NCBI RefSeq assembly: GCF_001194135.2
Contig: NC_068991.1
Span: 22,298,869-22,332,618 of the forward strand
Direction of reading: 5' to 3'
DNA length: 33,750 nt
From: Octopus bimaculoides
Lineage: Eukaryota
Shown here: piece after piece, positions 33,717 to 33,750 of the stretch
How the letters are laid out: every line of letters begins with the position of its first letter
Position numbering within the stretch: the stretch's first letter is position 1
The notes under the pieces: model-generated
Database searches by the model: none
Told to the model about the DNA's origin: nothing
What the model saw: the letters and a program-made list of their open reading frames with translations, nothing else
Translations under genes and position numbers: made by a program

Positions 33717-33750
<34 letters not shown>
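33628..33750. repeat. Compound microsatellite (ATT)n-(GAT)n-(GAC)n
   Basis: Directly visible; runs off the window end. Confidence 0.95.

Noticed and set aside
1-33750. CRISPR arrays, rRNA, intact tRNA genes, prokaryotic operons
   Set aside because: Eukaryotic intron-exon DNA. The tRNA-like boxes belong to SINE heads, and no regularly spaced repeat-spacer array was seen.

Overview
AT-rich animal genomic DNA with three N gaps; the repeat families suggest an octopus (inference). Almost the whole window is one minus-strand gene, ALDH6A1 (methylmalonate-semialdehyde dehydrogenase). I traced 14 coding exons from the ATG at 32709 down to 844: 1485 nt, 495 codons, all GT-AG, all phases compatible. 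The last exon lies left of the window. The introns are full of decayed mobile DNA: an RTE LINE, a CR1/L2-type LINE, a Penelope-like RT fragment, Tc1, maT and mariner transposons, MITEs and tRNA-SINEs. The best find is in intron 1 (23150-23823): an inverted, partly tandem 266-bp repeat carrying two minimal type I hammerhead ribozyme motifs, one per strand, flanked by a 13-bp direct repeat. This is the architecture of a non-LTR retrozyme. Also notable are several long hairpins, a 20-bp templated inverted insertion, a SINE tail fused to a splice donor, a PHD-like finger inside the RTE ORF, and a CpG gradient between gene body and promoter.
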